A DNA stretch of 63,062 bases, filler included, from Globobulimina sp. (Eukaryota): assembly GCA_003354225.1 (NCBI GenBank). It is 52 parts of 52 records of this genome, joined end to end, with 100 filler letters (N's around TTAATTAATTAA, not from the genome) between each part and the next. Parts side by side here need not be neighbours in the genome. Positions count along the whole stretch, not along the records: positions 44,953 to 46,066 come from PIVH01023139.1; positions 46,167 to 47,280 come from PIVH01023140.1; positions 47,381 to 48,494 come from PIVH01023141.1; positions 48,595 to 49,708 come from PIVH01023142.1; positions 49,809 to 50,922 come from PIVH01023143.1; positions 51,023 to 52,136 come from PIVH01023144.1; positions 52,237 to 53,350 come from PIVH01023145.1; positions 53,451 to 54,564 come from PIVH01023146.1; 44 more parts are not named here. One strand, given 5' to 3'. A program made the position numbers and the translations under genes. Shown here one piece after another: positions 46,066-59,521 of the stretch; position 1 is the first letter of the stretch; every line of letters starts with the position of its first letter. Below the pieces are notes generated by a model that was not told the DNA's origin, searched no databases, and saw only the letters and a program-made list of their open reading frames with translations.

Positions 46066-46897
46066 GNNNNNNNNNNNNNNNNNNNNNNNNNNNNNNNNNN
46101 NNNNNNNNNNTTAATTAATTAANNNNNNNNNNNNNNNNNNNNNNNNNNNNNNNNNNNNNNNNNNNNATCGATACTTATTAATTGTGATTTCTGCTTTGCG
46201 TTTGCGGTTTGTTTCTTTAAGTTAATTGAGTTGGATAGTTTTTGTGTTTGTTATTTCTAATTATCTAAATATATCGATTATGCTTCATAATGTCCGTTAT
46301 GTTTTCTAGCAGCTGTTACAAGTTATGTTGAGAAACGCATGCGTAAATGAGAATGTAATCCAATTTACTTGCGCTTTGTTTGTGTATTTTCTTGTTTCTT
46401 AATACTTGCTGCTTCAAGCATGTGTTGCTGCTTCCAACATTAAATTATAGCGTTTCAATTCTGTCGATTGTGCAATGGATATTGATATGTGTTTGTAAAG
46501 ACGTGTTAATGTGGTTAAAATATCTGATCGATGAAAGCATATACATTGGATTTGTCAGTAAAAATGTTTTGTATGGTGGTGCTCTGACTTATTCTCCGGA
46601 AATTCTTGCACTTATTCAGTCATTTGTGTCTCAATCTATCCTTGCACTGTCGTGTATGAGGTGACCATGATATTAAGATTTTCTTGAAGTGAGCTAGTCA
46701 TCATTTACTTATGTTCATATGGAGACCAAATGAGACACCATTCACTCGTTATCTCATGATCAATCGACTTTTTGGAAAAATTCCATGGGGAGAGCGTAGA
46801 GAAGGCAGTTGTGCCAAGTACTTATCAGTATGAAAGGTTTTTAGTGAAAACTCGTTGGGGATGCAGGATTAGGGATGCACTGCCCGGTATATATAGG

Positions 46898-46977
46898 TTG
46901 CCAATCACAAAAGAAGTGTTTAGAAGTGTGAACCTAAAAAGTTAAATAGAATCCTAAAAAGTGTGAACCTAAAAACT
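46898..46977 (+). repeat. Dispersed repeat, copy 2, with internal re-duplication of AAGTGTGAACCTAAAAA
   Basis: Matches 14670-14709; preceded by TATATAGG. Confidence 0.75.
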
Positions 46978-47380
46978 TGTAACTGCATTTTTAATCGTAT
47001 TGTTTTTAAAACAAATATTATGAGTACAATTATGTTATATTCATTAGTCTCAAAATATTTGATTTCATTTAAAGCGAATAAGTTTAGTATTTTGGTTATT
47101 CATTATGACAATTCCGATGTGGAACGATTGGTCGGTAATAAATTAGAGTCAGAATTACATGGCGCATCGTTGAAAGAGTCGAAAATTTTGGAAGGAAAAT
47201 AGGTTAATAATAAAATGTTAATGGTTCCCGATGAAACACAACCTTTAAGAATTCAATTTTGACTTTCAATGTTTTTATTTNNNNNNNNNNNNNNNNNNNN
47301 NNNNNNNNNNNNNNNNNNNNNNNNTTAATTAATTAANNNNNNNNNNNNNNNNNNNNNNNNNNNNNNNNNNNNNNNNNNNN

Positions 47381-48194
47381 TCAGAATTTAACATTAATAT
47401 TTCCCTCCCTCTATCAACACTGATCCACTCCCATAAACCAGTTGGACTCAGTCGTTGTTGCCACTCAAAATTAAACAAATTCTGATAATATTCATTATTT
47501 AACTGATCAGGTCCTCTGCGTTTCCATCGAATACTGGAATAGCCAGAAAATTGTTGATGGCATTTCCCCAAAGTATGAGCACCTAACTTGCCATGTAAAT
47601 AAATCAAACGTTATGTGTAAAATATATCTATATACCTGCAATTGTTACAGTTTCTCGCTCAGTAAAATTAATTTGCTGCTGGAACCATCGTGAAACGTTA
47701 TTCCATCCCCAACCAGCTCCGACGAATTGTTTCGTATCCACCGCTTCTGGGGCCGTGGGACAAGCAGTTCTACCAAAATAATATGGAATTGATGGCAATG
47801 TGTCGCCTGGATTTGATACATCTAACTCTTGTGCATATTCAATAGCAAACGTTGCTGCCAATGCCCAAAAATCTGCGAGATTCATGTCTTCTGTCCATGC
47901 AGCATACACATCTTCTAATGGAGTTATTGCGCTTTGTTGTAAACCAGCATGTGCAAAAATATTGTCTCCATCAATGCAACCATTACATCGCGATATAGAA
48001 TCGCCTGCAACATCAATTGGGCCACCACAATCATGGAAAATCAAGCGAACAATGGGAGCTAACATCTGACGATTGTTGCCAGAATCGTCAATTTTGGCTC
48101 GTATTTCGGCGCGTAATTCATCAATCTCTTCTGATGTGATTTGAGATGCTATCAATCGAAGTAGTAATATCAACAACAGTACAAAAGGTGTCAT
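47381..48194 (-). CDS. Secreted non-animal haem peroxidase; intron 47635-47583
   Basis: Signal peptide, distal RLIFHDC, CNGCI, ADFWALA, GRT, proximal GAHTLG after a 53-bp GT-AG intron. Confidence 0.88.
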
Positions 48195-50096
48195 GGATGA
48201 TATTTGTCACTGAACTTAACAAAAACTAATAAAGAAAAGCAACACAAAAACAAATGTTTCTGTAACTGATTGTGTAAAATCCACATTTGATTCCTCAAAA
48301 CAACTGTCAACGTCATACCATTGTTGTATAAAAACAACAAGTGCTTTACTAAAATCATTACAAAAAGTATGGCGTAGCGTTTCATTGAACCTTAAATCTC
48401 TATTTATTTCCAATTGAAAAAAGTCAATGATTCCGCCATATCGTGATCCATGAATATTGATTGCAAAGGGACCTCCCGCATAATATCCATCACTNNNNNN
48501 NNNNNNNNNNNNNNNNNNNNNNNNNNNNNNNNNNNNNNTTAATTAATTAANNNNNNNNNNNNNNNNNNNNNNNNNNNNNNNNNNNNNNNNNNNNGAAAAT
48601 GTAATAATAAAATACTAGTTAGTAATGACAAAAACATAGAAAATATTTAGAATATTCAAAGAAAAACAAAAAGGAACATCCTAGCTTGTACCGATAATTT
48701 GCTTTGATTACTGCTTGAAAATAACACTAACCAAAACAACTATTTTTTTCATTTACAAAAGAGAGAGGAGGAGAAGGGAATGAGTCAAAAAAACACACAC
48801 AAAATAAAAAAAATTGTTTTCGAGTTATAAATTGCTTTCGCAAAGTAATAAACATATATGAATTTTTCCAGCACATTGTCGATATTCATGATAATGAATA
48901 TATAAATTTATAATGTATTGATGCGTCGTGTTAACTAAAACATGTTGCTGTCTTTTATTTGCATAATTTAATATTAGCGTTTCTGGATTGAGCTACTTCT
49001 TTCATTCTGCGAGGGATAATTTTAACTTTAAAATGTTTGAAATATCCATTGCTGCGTAATTTGGTTTGATTACCTTCATCGCATTGTATTGATATGAATA
49101 TCTGCGATAATTTAAGTCTAAACTATCGACAGTATTAACAAATCCAAATGGTGTGTCACAGGATGGAGTTGCAGTGCATTGACGGATTATTCGTTCATCG
49201 TAATCTAATACTTGTATATCGTCATTGTAATACATATTCGCAGTCTGTTGCGAGAAATTAAAAAGTGTATAGTCTGTAAATTCCGAATATCTGAGAAATT
49301 GTATTGATTAAAATGTGCATAGTCATAATTTCTCGTATTCATTTAGTACAAATTTAATACAATTTTCTTCATTATCTATGTTTTTAGTTCGTTTTTGTAT
49401 TAAGTATAATGGAGAAGAACATGTAGCCAATGATATATGCAAATTTTCTCTCTGTTCCTGTTCGTTTTTAAATAACACATTCGTGATTGCTGCACGTACA
49501 AAATTATGTACGTAAGGCATTTTTGATTAATCCTAAAAATCTATTTTCTAACCGAAAAAACAAGAAAACGTTTTTTTAGCTTAATTTTAATATGTTGCTA
49601 TGGAGGATGTCCGAGTCTGTTTGCTCTTGAAATTCACATTAATAAATTATGGGTAACACAGAATCAAAGGTTAATTTAAGCACAAATGTTAAATATATAC
49701 AGCAACAANNNNNNNNNNNNNNNNNNNNNNNNNNNNNNNNNNNNNNNNNNNNTTAATTAATTAANNNNNNNNNNNNNNNNNNNNNNNNNNNNNNNNNNNN
49801 NNNNNNNNTTGTTTTTTTTTTATTTTTATTGCAAAATCGCATGTTGTTTTTGAGATTGCTTTTAAACCAAGATAGCATATGCTTATGTTGCATAGATGTT
49901 TCGTATGTAAAGCGCTATCGTAGTTTAAAAATCCAATCTCGGCTAGAAGTGACTGTAAAAGTGACATGCTTTCAAATGTTAAGCCTCCGAACTTAATTGG
50001 CAGTAGTCAATTATGTTAACCAACATTTTCGTCTGCTAAGCTAAGCTTACATCACTAGTGCACTAAAAATAAAATCAATGATCTTTAACAAACCTC

Positions 50097-50922
50097 ATGC
50101 TGGCGTTATTATTTGCTTTTTTACCGGTTAACGTATTGTCAATCTCTCCATACGATGAAGTGAGCACTTCTATCATAGCACAGCAAGTGTCAAAGTGGTA
50201 TGCAGCCTTCGATGAAGCACTACATCTGAAACCAGTGGATCAAGAACAAATTTATAAACTATGGACTCGAGGATTAGTACTAAATTATCATCAAAAATAC
50301 GAGCGTGATATAACGGAGAATATGTTTATAAATGCATATAAATTCATATGCAACAACACCAGAATCATAAAACGAATGGTCGTTAATCCTAAAAATGGAG
50401 TTCCGAATCCATTTCAAACTTTGTATCGACGCTCAACCGAGACGCTGCAAAAAGAATTGTATCCGTTAGCAATGAAAGGAAAATGGGATGTAACTTTATT
50501 GCAAAAAAGACAAAAACAAGCGCATATAGCCACAAATCAAGAAACTCTGCGTTTATTAAGAGACAATTTCGCTAAATATGTGTCTACAAAACTACCTCTT
50601 ATACCGTCAGTACTCCGCGCATCAAAGGAATATTTCAGAAATTTAAGCTTATCTTCGCCATCATGGACACAAATAGAAATCGCAATTACTACATTTCGAT
50701 TAAGCATACAAACATTACCATTGTCGATGCATTATTATCCTGAGATTGCTGAGTATTATTTAACCGATATTGCACAATATATGGCGTTGATAACTATTTG
50801 TAATCTAAAGCAGGCGGAGAAAATCATGAATATCATTTCCGATCAAGCACCAGAACTTACTAAATCTTTCATGGCTAAGCGGCAACAATTAGTTGATGAG
50901 GCCGCTGTTTCTTTGAATAATT
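50097..50922 (+). CDS. Hypothetical secreted helical protein fragment
   Basis: Signal-peptide-like N-terminus; frame open to contig end. Confidence 0.5.
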
Positions 50923-51022
50923 NNNNNNNNNNNNNNNNNNNNNNNNNNNNNNNNNNNNNNNNNNNNTTAATTAATTAANNNNNNNNNNNNNNNNNNNNNN
51001 NNNNNNNNNNNNNNNNNNNNNN

Positions 51023-52124
51023 TGCGTAAATAAAGACTTTCTTCGATTCTAACAACAAACAACAAACAAACAATTTTATCAAACAACTGCAATATACAAT
51101 ATAACCAAACTAATACGACACTGTTTATATAATATTTCAATGCATTTCTCATAAATGGAGGACCATGCATCCATAGCGAACAATTACCATATTGCTCATC
51201 GATGGGAAACACACTCAATCTCAGCCCTTCCAACCAAAATGGATCAGAACACTCATTTTCTTCAACCTGTTCACTCTCAAAATATTGTTTATATTGTGTT
51301 CCATCAATAAATTTACTCTCCACCTCATTAATAATGGCATATATTGTCCGCTTATGCTTTCCTAAAATATGCGCAAACTCTTGTTTTTCGATTTCAATCT
51401 CTTGTGTATCCTTTAAAAATTCGTATAACATTTGATTAGCATTCATCGTAATTTCCTCACTCTCGCCAGATATCAACAAGCGTGATTTCATCGTATTTTC
51501 TATGATGTCTTTGATTAAACCATATTGTTCTTCATTTTTGTTCTCATTTAATTCTTCAATCTGTTTTATTTTACGTTTGTATACTTCCGTTGGCTTCAAA
51601 TCTAAGCCAACAATAAAAGCATTGCTATGCTCGCGTATGAAATTCAGCCAATACGCATTGTCAATAATTAATAGTCCATATTGCCCGATTGGCAGCGATA
51701 AAATCGATGTGCGCTCCAATACACTTTGTATCATATTACATGCTTTAAATCCATTCTTCATATTTCGATCGTAAATGTGTATTAAACCCGGAACAGTATC
51801 ATCCTCCCAAATATATTGTATATCGCATTCATTTTTTATCATTTTCAAATTAAGTCCACCCGCACCAATCACTGCACATTTTTTATCACTGCATTTTATA
51901 GAAACGATTTTATTTTGAACATGTTTGATTACATATTGTCGTATTTTGGTGATATTGGATTTGTTTGCAGCTGATATGAGCACTGAGTATTTATGAGGCG
52001 TTGATACGTCAATCTTGAATGGCGTACATTTGTCAGCAAATTCTGCAAATAGTTGGTTTAAAATACGTGGCTGTTGCAGCAAATAACCGGTGTTACCTTT
52101 TATTGATACACGTTGTGTCAACAA
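51023..52124 (-). CDS. Multi-KH-domain RNA-binding protein fragment
   Basis: AVIGAGGLNLKMIK (GxxG loop) and degenerate HILGKHKRTI. Confidence 0.7.
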
Positions 52125-52516
52125 CTTATTTGAATGNNNNNNNNNNNNNNNNNNNNNNNNNNNNNNNNNNNNNNNNNNNNTTAATTAATTAANNNNNNNN
52201 NNNNNNNNNNNNNNNNNNNNNNNNNNNNNNNNNNNNTGGTGTCTTAACAGAGGACGATATCCAAAATTATAGAGATTTAGCAAGGGTTTATCTGGACGAC
52301 GATGGGATACATTGGCTGGAAACTGGTAAATTTATTTGATTATATATTTATTGGTTGAATTTTCAATCCGTCAATTAATAATTTGGAAAACAAAAATAAT
52401 TTAAAAGAGACATGAAATTGAGTTTTTATTTGTATACAACACAAAACACCTAAAATCACCTAAAATCATGGCAAGGCTTCAGACTTTTGCAGAAACGCAT
52501 ATATCTTTTTTTATAA

Positions 52517-53350
52517 TTAAGATTTTTGCATAATTTTTTGTAGTCTTGTTTTATATTGATGAGGTAGATGATTTTTGGCAAACAATATCAGTAAATTTCT
52601 CATATTCCTACATTTATTATTCCAGAGATAGTTTGCTCCATTTCTTAGATAGTTCTCATTGATAGCATGGTCATGTTCCATATTAACACATTTATCTTTC
52701 AACAATGCATAATTATTTCCAATATGTTGATTGGATGCAATTGCTAATTTTTTTTCCGTTTGACATTTAACAACTTCTCTAAAGGACACGTTTGTTGTTT
52801 GCAAATGTCGATTGATTCCAGTCAATAACATTGGAACTGGATCATTTTCATCGTGGAAATTAAAAATTCTTTGACTCAAATCATAAAACCGATTACAGTC
52901 GGCATTCATACGCAGTTTAAAGTATTTTTCAACATCTTTACAATAAACAAATGACGGCGAACCAAATGTAATTACAAATACATTATCTAAATTTGCTGGA
53001 ATTAAGTCCGTCAATCTCCGTCCATAATAATCACACTCTGAATACATTAATAAATAAAATAACTGAGACAATGCGCTGCCTAATGATTGGCCAGTTACTA
53101 ATAATCTTGTTTTTGATGCAATATTGGTATCATATTCATGTATTTTTTAATAGCTTTAATTGTGCAGAGATATTTTCAATAAATTCATTATTTTCATTCA
53201 TTAAATATGAAATAAATCCAGAATGAATGTTAATGTTTTTGTTGTTTAATTGTATTGTTTGATGTTTAATATTTAAATCCGTTGCAATGTCAATATATGT
53301 TGGGTCTGTATGACGAAAATATATGGAAATAATATCTGAATCTTTTGAAT
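52517..53350 (-). CDS. Class 3 lipase with an apparent frameshift near 53143-53150
   Basis: IHSGF, LVTGQSLGSALSQL (GxSxG), VITFGSP, DPVP, late H...Y; first motif lies in a different frame across an A run. Confidence 0.78.
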
Positions 53351-53929
53351 NNNNNNNNNNNNNNNNNNNNNNNNNNNNNNNNNNNNNNNNNNNNTTAATT
53401 AATTAANNNNNNNNNNNNNNNNNNNNNNNNNNNNNNNNNNNNNNNNNNNNACATATGACCGTTTGTGCGTGTTCCGTATGTAGGTTTTGCTCCGTTTCCC
53501 GTGCTTCCAATGCCAATGGGTATGTATTATGTGCTTCATACATTCCGTTTTGTACACCAGTACGTTTTATGATGATTATAAATCAGCTCCTTTACCGGGC
53601 GCAGCACCAATACCATTCGGTATGCCTCCGCTTCCTCCGCTTCCTCCGCCAGTCCCAAAAGCGCCGCAACCATTCGGTACGTCTTCTTTTTTGTATACAC
53701 TGCGTTACTATATAACAAAAAGTAAAGATGTACGTAAATAACGTAATTATGTCGGAAAAATGTATTTTTGTCTATAAAGAAACGTTTTTTCTTTTTTCTG
53801 CCGTAACCTACATCCGCATGTAACCAATTTGTATAATTTGTAGCACGGCCTCCTCGACGGCCACCTCTCCCGACTGGATATCCTAAGATTGCTGACTCAG
53901 TCAGTACCAAAACCGATGATGGCTCTTTT

Positions 53930-54430
53930 TTGCTGTTTGAAGATGACATGGATGAAAAAACAGTTGCTCCGCAATCCGCAAACTATGCCGTGGATTACAG
54001 CCATGTTAACACAAAAATAACTGAGTTGACTGAGGAAATAAGCGTAACCGATGACCATTGCGGTCTTAAATTACTGGAAATATGGGATAAAATTAACATA
54101 AGCACTGAGCATTTATCTATGTGGGTCCGTTGGAGTGGCGGCTCGTTCCCAAACAAAGACGCAGCTCGAGCCAGTTTAAAAACTGTGGTTGATTATGCTG
54201 AGAAAACGCCATCGTCGCCGTTGATTAAAACACAATTAAGAGTTATTACTAAATTAATCATTGACAAAGGTGTTGGGAAAAGTGAAGAATATGTCCATTT
54301 TATGTTGTTATTGGCAACGCACGGAAAGGTATGTAATGTCATGAAAGATATTGCCATTAACAATGCGTATGGAATGATGACAGAGTCCTTGACCGATATT
54401 ATTAAGGTCGGTAGTATGCAATTTGTATAA
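53930..54430 (+). CDS. Hypothetical protein exon, preceded by a Pro-rich exon near 53570-53677
   Basis: 166-codon frame; upstream PLPGAAPIPFGMPPLPPLPPP followed by GTACGT donor-like site. Confidence 0.4.
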   Translation: MLFEDDMDEKTVAPQSANYAVDYSHVNTKITELTEEISVTDDHCGLKLLEIWDKINISTEHLSMWVRWSGGSFPNKDAARASLKTVVDYAEKTPSSPLIKTQLRVITKLIIDKGVGKSEEYVHFMLLLATHGKVCNVMKDIAINNAYGMMTESLTDIIKVGSMQFV

Positions 54431-54719
54431 TAATAACACAAAAAGGAACACTACGGAAATATGATACGTTTCTGTATATTCCGCACGCATAAATCGTGTT
54501 ATTGTGTTATATAAATTGCATATTTATTTTGTACACTTAAGCTGCAAACATTGGAACATATCGTNNNNNNNNNNNNNNNNNNNNNNNNNNNNNNNNNNNN
54601 NNNNNNNNTTAATTAATTAANNNNNNNNNNNNNNNNNNNNNNNNNNNNNNNNNNNNNNNNNNNNAATTATTTTATTGAGTGCAAGGATAAATTCTAAGCG
54701 ACTTATTTTGTTCCAACAG

Positions 54720-54845
54720 AGGTTTATTAACTTTCGAGAAGGCTCATCTTTGGGTGGTGGCCCTCCTGGAAAAATTAAGCGGAGAAATATTAAAAGAAAG
54801 AAAAGCAAAGCGGAGGCTGCCGCTGCTGTGTCTGATGAGGATTAA
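54720..54845 (+). CDS. RPS9: 40S ribosomal protein S9 (uS4), probable last exon
   Basis: After CAG acceptor: RFINFREGSSLGGGPPGKIKRRN...DED, resembling HIDFxxxSPxGGGRPGRVKRKN...EED. Confidence 0.55.
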   Translation, partial: RFINFREGSSLGGGPPGKIKRRNIKRKKSKAEAAAAVSDED

Positions 54846-55089
54846 ATGGACATAATTTCTAAAAATACAACACTACAACACAACATTTATCATTTTGACA
54901 GTTTCTTCTTCTTTGTATTGCAATCAAATGTTTCTCAAGAACAAGAAAAGTTGTTTGTATTTTTAATTATGTTTTGATTGAGAATAAATTGTAAATTGCA
55001 ATATTTATTCGAATGCACTAAGGATTGTTAAAATTTACGTCCGTGATTTAACATAGAAACGAAATTAAAACAAAACGCATTTCACAATC

Positions 55090-55629
55090 TCAAACGTATG
55101 CGATTTTCGGGATCAAATAATAATAGTTTTTATTTCGGATAAATTTTTCTTGGCATACACCACATTTTCGTTTGATTCTAAGCTTTCTTCGACAAGAACT
55201 ACATAAACAATGTCCACAAGACTTAAATCTGCACATTCTTTTGCTTTCTATTGGATTTGCACATAAATCACAATAAAAGATAATATTTTTACTTCCAAAA
55301 TAATAGCAATTAAATCTGTTATTTACAGTCGATGTTTGTTGTGATAATAAATTTGTTTGCATTTCATTAACAATCTTATTTTTCCATAATTTTTGAAACT
55401 TCCTATCTTGAAATAAATTTTTAACATTATTCTTAAGTTGTTCGTCACATAAAAACTTAGCCAAATTCCTTTTTGTCGCTTTTAATGTACTTAACTTAAA
55501 TACAAACTTTCTTAATTTTACATTTAAAATATCATATTCCTCCTCGTGATAAAACTTATTTGCAATTAAATCTTTTAATTGTTTTGGAATATAAATATTT
55601 GCACAATATGCCTCATTTAGCTCCTGCAT
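55090..55629 (-). CDS. C3HC4 RING-finger protein, C-terminal part
   Basis: CDLC...CGHCLCSSC...CGVC. Confidence 0.78.
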   Translation of the reverse strand: MQELNEAYCANIYIPKQLKDLIANKFYHEEEYDILNVKLRKFVFKLSTLKATKRNLAKFLCDEQLKNNVKNLFQDRKFQKLWKNKIVNEMQTNLLSQQTSTVNNRFNCYYFGSKNIIFYCDLCANPIESKRMCRFKSCGHCLCSSCRRKLRIKRKCGVCQEKFIRNKNYYYLIPKIAYV

Positions 55630-55878
55630 ACATTGTCGTATATATCCATGACATAAAATGTTATCTTTTTCAATAATAAATCAAATGTCTTTCCAGAGAT
55701 ATCGTAAATTATACTGCGGAATATTTCACACAATGCGCCATCAAATAAGGACAAAAATCCGTAATTTTGTATAATTCCNNNNNNNNNNNNNNNNNNNNNN
55801 NNNNNNNNNNNNNNNNNNNNNNTTAATTAATTAANNNNNNNNNNNNNNNNNNNNNNNNNNNNNNNNNNNNNNNNNNNN

Positions 55879-56806
55879 GAAATCGAGGTAGGGAGCAACC
55901 AGATCACGCGCAAGAAAAACAACTCAATGCGAGATTGCCATACCATGTCAAATAAAATGATGGAGATGGTATTGTTGCATAATTGTAAGCCAATGCCAAT
56001 GCCGATGCAGGCGCCGATGATCTGATTTATACATTTGTACTGGTTGCTGTTTTCATTGTTATTGTTGCTTTCGCGAATTTCATCGATGTTGCTACCCCGT
56101 GTCAAGAGATAATATTTCAACCATTCTTGCAAGAGGCCGATGGCGAGGAAGGCGATGACAAAACACTCGATGATGGTGGTGTAGGATTGGTAGTATTCGC
56201 TGTAATATAAGGTGTAATATGTATAGATGGAGGTGGGTAATCCCATAAAATAATAGATGCCGATGCCTAATATGAAGGTGATGGCGCCCGTTATGAAGAA
56301 ACCTGTGGATAGGAACTTAATGCCTTCGTTGATCTGTTTGTCAGTGCAAGGATGACGTGAAGGAGTGCCAGGATGTGATGATAGATGCACTTAACTGAAG
56401 TGTGGGCATACCATTGATACCAAGCACAATAAAGGATAAATAATGGGATGTTTAATGCGAAAACGATGGAGGTTGAGCCATCTTTGATGAATGGTATGAC
56501 GACCATTAATATGATATATATTCCGATACAAAACCAAGAGGAATGGTCCAATGTTGGTAAATGCCAACAAGATAAGCTGTTGACAAATGAGACCAATGGA
56601 AATGTGCCATCATCATCCAATATTTGGCTAGAAAATTGTGCGCCATTATTATTCATATTATCGTCGTTTAATTGTCTGTCGTTGTTTACATTTTCAATGT
56701 CTTGCAGTAATTCATTATATGCCTCTTGTTGGTACGCACTGTATCGTGGTACTACTGGTTGCTCAGTAACGAAATTGTCGTCTTTAATTTCGTCGGTTTC
56801 CAGCAT
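55879..56806 (-). CDS. PrsW-like intramembrane glutamic protease homologue; intron 56395-56334
   Basis: GLLQEWLKY (EExxK position) and GIGIGLQLCNN (GxGFxxxEN position); 62-bp intron GTTAAG...CTGAC...CAG joins the two ORFs in frame. Confidence 0.6.
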
Positions 56807-58306
56807 GATGTGTTTTTGAGCTTAATATCTTTTATGTAAAAGTTTTAGTTCAGATATCTTGTAGCCAAATCAAATTAAATGGAACACTTGAATTGGAAAG
56901 TCATAGCATCGGCGAGCGTGATATCAGTAGCGGCCGTAGCACTTATTTACAAACTCAATACCGACAGTGCACCACTATCATCAGTTGCAGATNNNNNNNN
57001 NNNNNNNNNNNNNNNNNNNNNNNNNNNNNNNNNNNNTTAATTAATTAANNNNNNNNNNNNNNNNNNNNNNNNNNNNNNNNNNNNNNNNNNNNAATGAATA
57101 AACAAACTCATCACCGATCATTAACAAACAACAAATGAATGCTTTTCATCATAAATATCGTATTTGGAAATCTGTAATATTGTTTGTTGTCATATCCCCT
57201 CCAAATGGCTCCAATATTCATTCATATGATAGTACATCAAACATATAAAAATGTCAAATTGGCTAAAAAACCCAAAAACCAAATCTTGGTACACTGTGAA
57301 TCGAATTTCTTGATTTGGAAATAGGACTGAAGCATGTTTTTTCAGTGTAAACTGTTTTTTAATCGTAGCAACAATCCATCTGGTCATAATAACGGGCGTC
57401 GCCTTCATTATTCCTTGAACTAATTACTGGTATGTCATTATTCTATGCACAATTAAATTGGTAAAGCTTCTAAACGATGGAATCGGTGGTGCCAATCTAT
57501 AGATATGTAATATGTTTGAATCAAAGATATGAAATGTTTATGTCAATTTATTATTTTGGACAGAGAGATCCTGTTGTTTTGAGGTGGCGTGAAGGAGCTA
57601 TCAATGGATATGATGGTGAAACAACATTGGATACGCACATGCATAATGATGGTTTGATTCAGTTGTTTGTGAAAGGAATGAAAAAAATAACATGTTGCAA
57701 GGGGTTATATTTTCTCAAACCAAAATATTTTTAGCATCCTTTTTTGCAGAGAAACGCTGCATATTTTGAAGCTCTCCTTGCACTTTCTAATTATTGTATA
57801 AAGCTATGAATATTCAGCGTTTATCTGCCACAACGGATTTTAAAAATATTTTGGTTTGAAAATAACCCTGACAACGAGTTATTATTTTCTTCCATTTTTC
57901 GACACCTTCTCTCAAGTCTCAATTCAATCATTCCAATGTCATATCCAATTCAACTCATTTTATTCAACATATTCATTTCAAAACACCAATGTGTGTACCA
58001 ACCATTGGGTCACAATTCTTGACAATGCACGCAACCATGATCAAAGTGACTAGATTAGAAATGTTTTTCAAAGTAACTCTGTCTCTATTTGTATGTGTTT
58101 TGCAGGTTGTAACTAACATGTACGTGTTTGTTAGTTAATATAAGTTAAGTTTGACTAGTAGTAGTGTGACAAAATCCGATTCTAGACTCACAAACTCACA
58201 GATTCANNNNNNNNNNNNNNNNNNNNNNNNNNNNNNNNNNNNNNNNNNNNTTAATTAATTAANNNNNNNNNNNNNNNNNNNNNNNNNNNNNNNNNNNNNN
58301 NNNNNN

Positions 58307-59349
58307 AAATCATACAATTTGACGCAGATATTCCTGGTGTCGATGCTGTAAATACCTGTATTCAAATCCATTTGCAATTTGGCGTTCTCCACCACGATGT
58401 TCATGGTATTCAGCTCCAAATGACACACTTTCATATCCTGATGCATCCAATACAGCGTTGCTATCAACTGCCAAAACAAGTACTTTACGATCATGCGCCA
58501 ATGCATTTTTTTCATGCGCTTTACGCTTAAATATTTGTGCGCGCTCAAAATCAACTCGTCCAAAGTGATGTATTTGCCATATTCCTGAATCAGATAATAC
58601 GCATGTTTGGTCTCTACAAAATCCATATATTTGCAGATGTTGCGCGAGGGCGGAATGTTTGTCATGGTGAGATAGTGTAAAATGAGCGCTTCAGTGATGA
58701 TTCCATCGCCGTTTGCTTTCTCGAACTTTTTGATGCGCACTGTCGACTTCTTTGCGGCGGCCCGATTGGAAGACGGCAGATTGATTTTGTTGCGATTCTG
58801 GTCCTGATGTTGACGGAAATTATCCTCCACAATCTCCGCCGTGTAAATACAGCCATTAATGGTATGCGACAGCAATTTACTGATTTTGTAGCCGTATTCT
58901 CGCAATTTCTCTCCGTCTGTTCCTTCTAACTCTGTCTCGCATTTTCGTTCTAAATCGAAGGAGGAAGAGGCGTCAGACACGTCGTCGTCAGAAAAGTAGG
59001 CTCGCTTTTCGTTGGGGTCGATACTCGATAAATAGGCAGAATATTCCACTGTGGATTGGTTGGCGTAGTGTTGATGTGGGGGCGATTCTTGTTGAATGGA
59101 CCACTGATTCGCGGGATGGTACGATAGAGCTGGCTTTATTGGGTTTGCCAACAAGACGGCTATGTATGACTTGTAATCATCCAACGACATTCGATTGCGA
59201 TTGTCGGTGCTTCTGTAGGTGTTTATATGTAGCTTTGCCTGAATGCAATTAAAAAACAAGTAATAAATTACTTTACTTTTTGGGTGCCTGCTGCGGGCTC
59301 GTACTCGTTGTCGTGATGGCAATGGTTGCCCGCTTGGTAGGGGTTGCAC
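58307..59349 (-). CDS. Protein kinase-like protein, probably catalytically impaired
   Basis: TINGCIY, VRIKK, EALIL, YLIQEY, VCHLELNTMNI (HxDxxxxN position), KLYD at contig end. Confidence 0.72.
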
Positions 59350-59521
59350 AAGTTGCCATTATAAAAGGTTAAAAAAAGTTTTCGAAAGAATGATTAAATT
59401 TATTAAACAAAAGGTTGTACNNNNNNNNNNNNNNNNNNNNNNNNNNNNNNNNNNNNNNNNNNNNTTAATTAATTAANNNNNNNNNNNNNNNNNNNNNNNN
59501 NNNNNNNNNNNNNNNNNNNNG

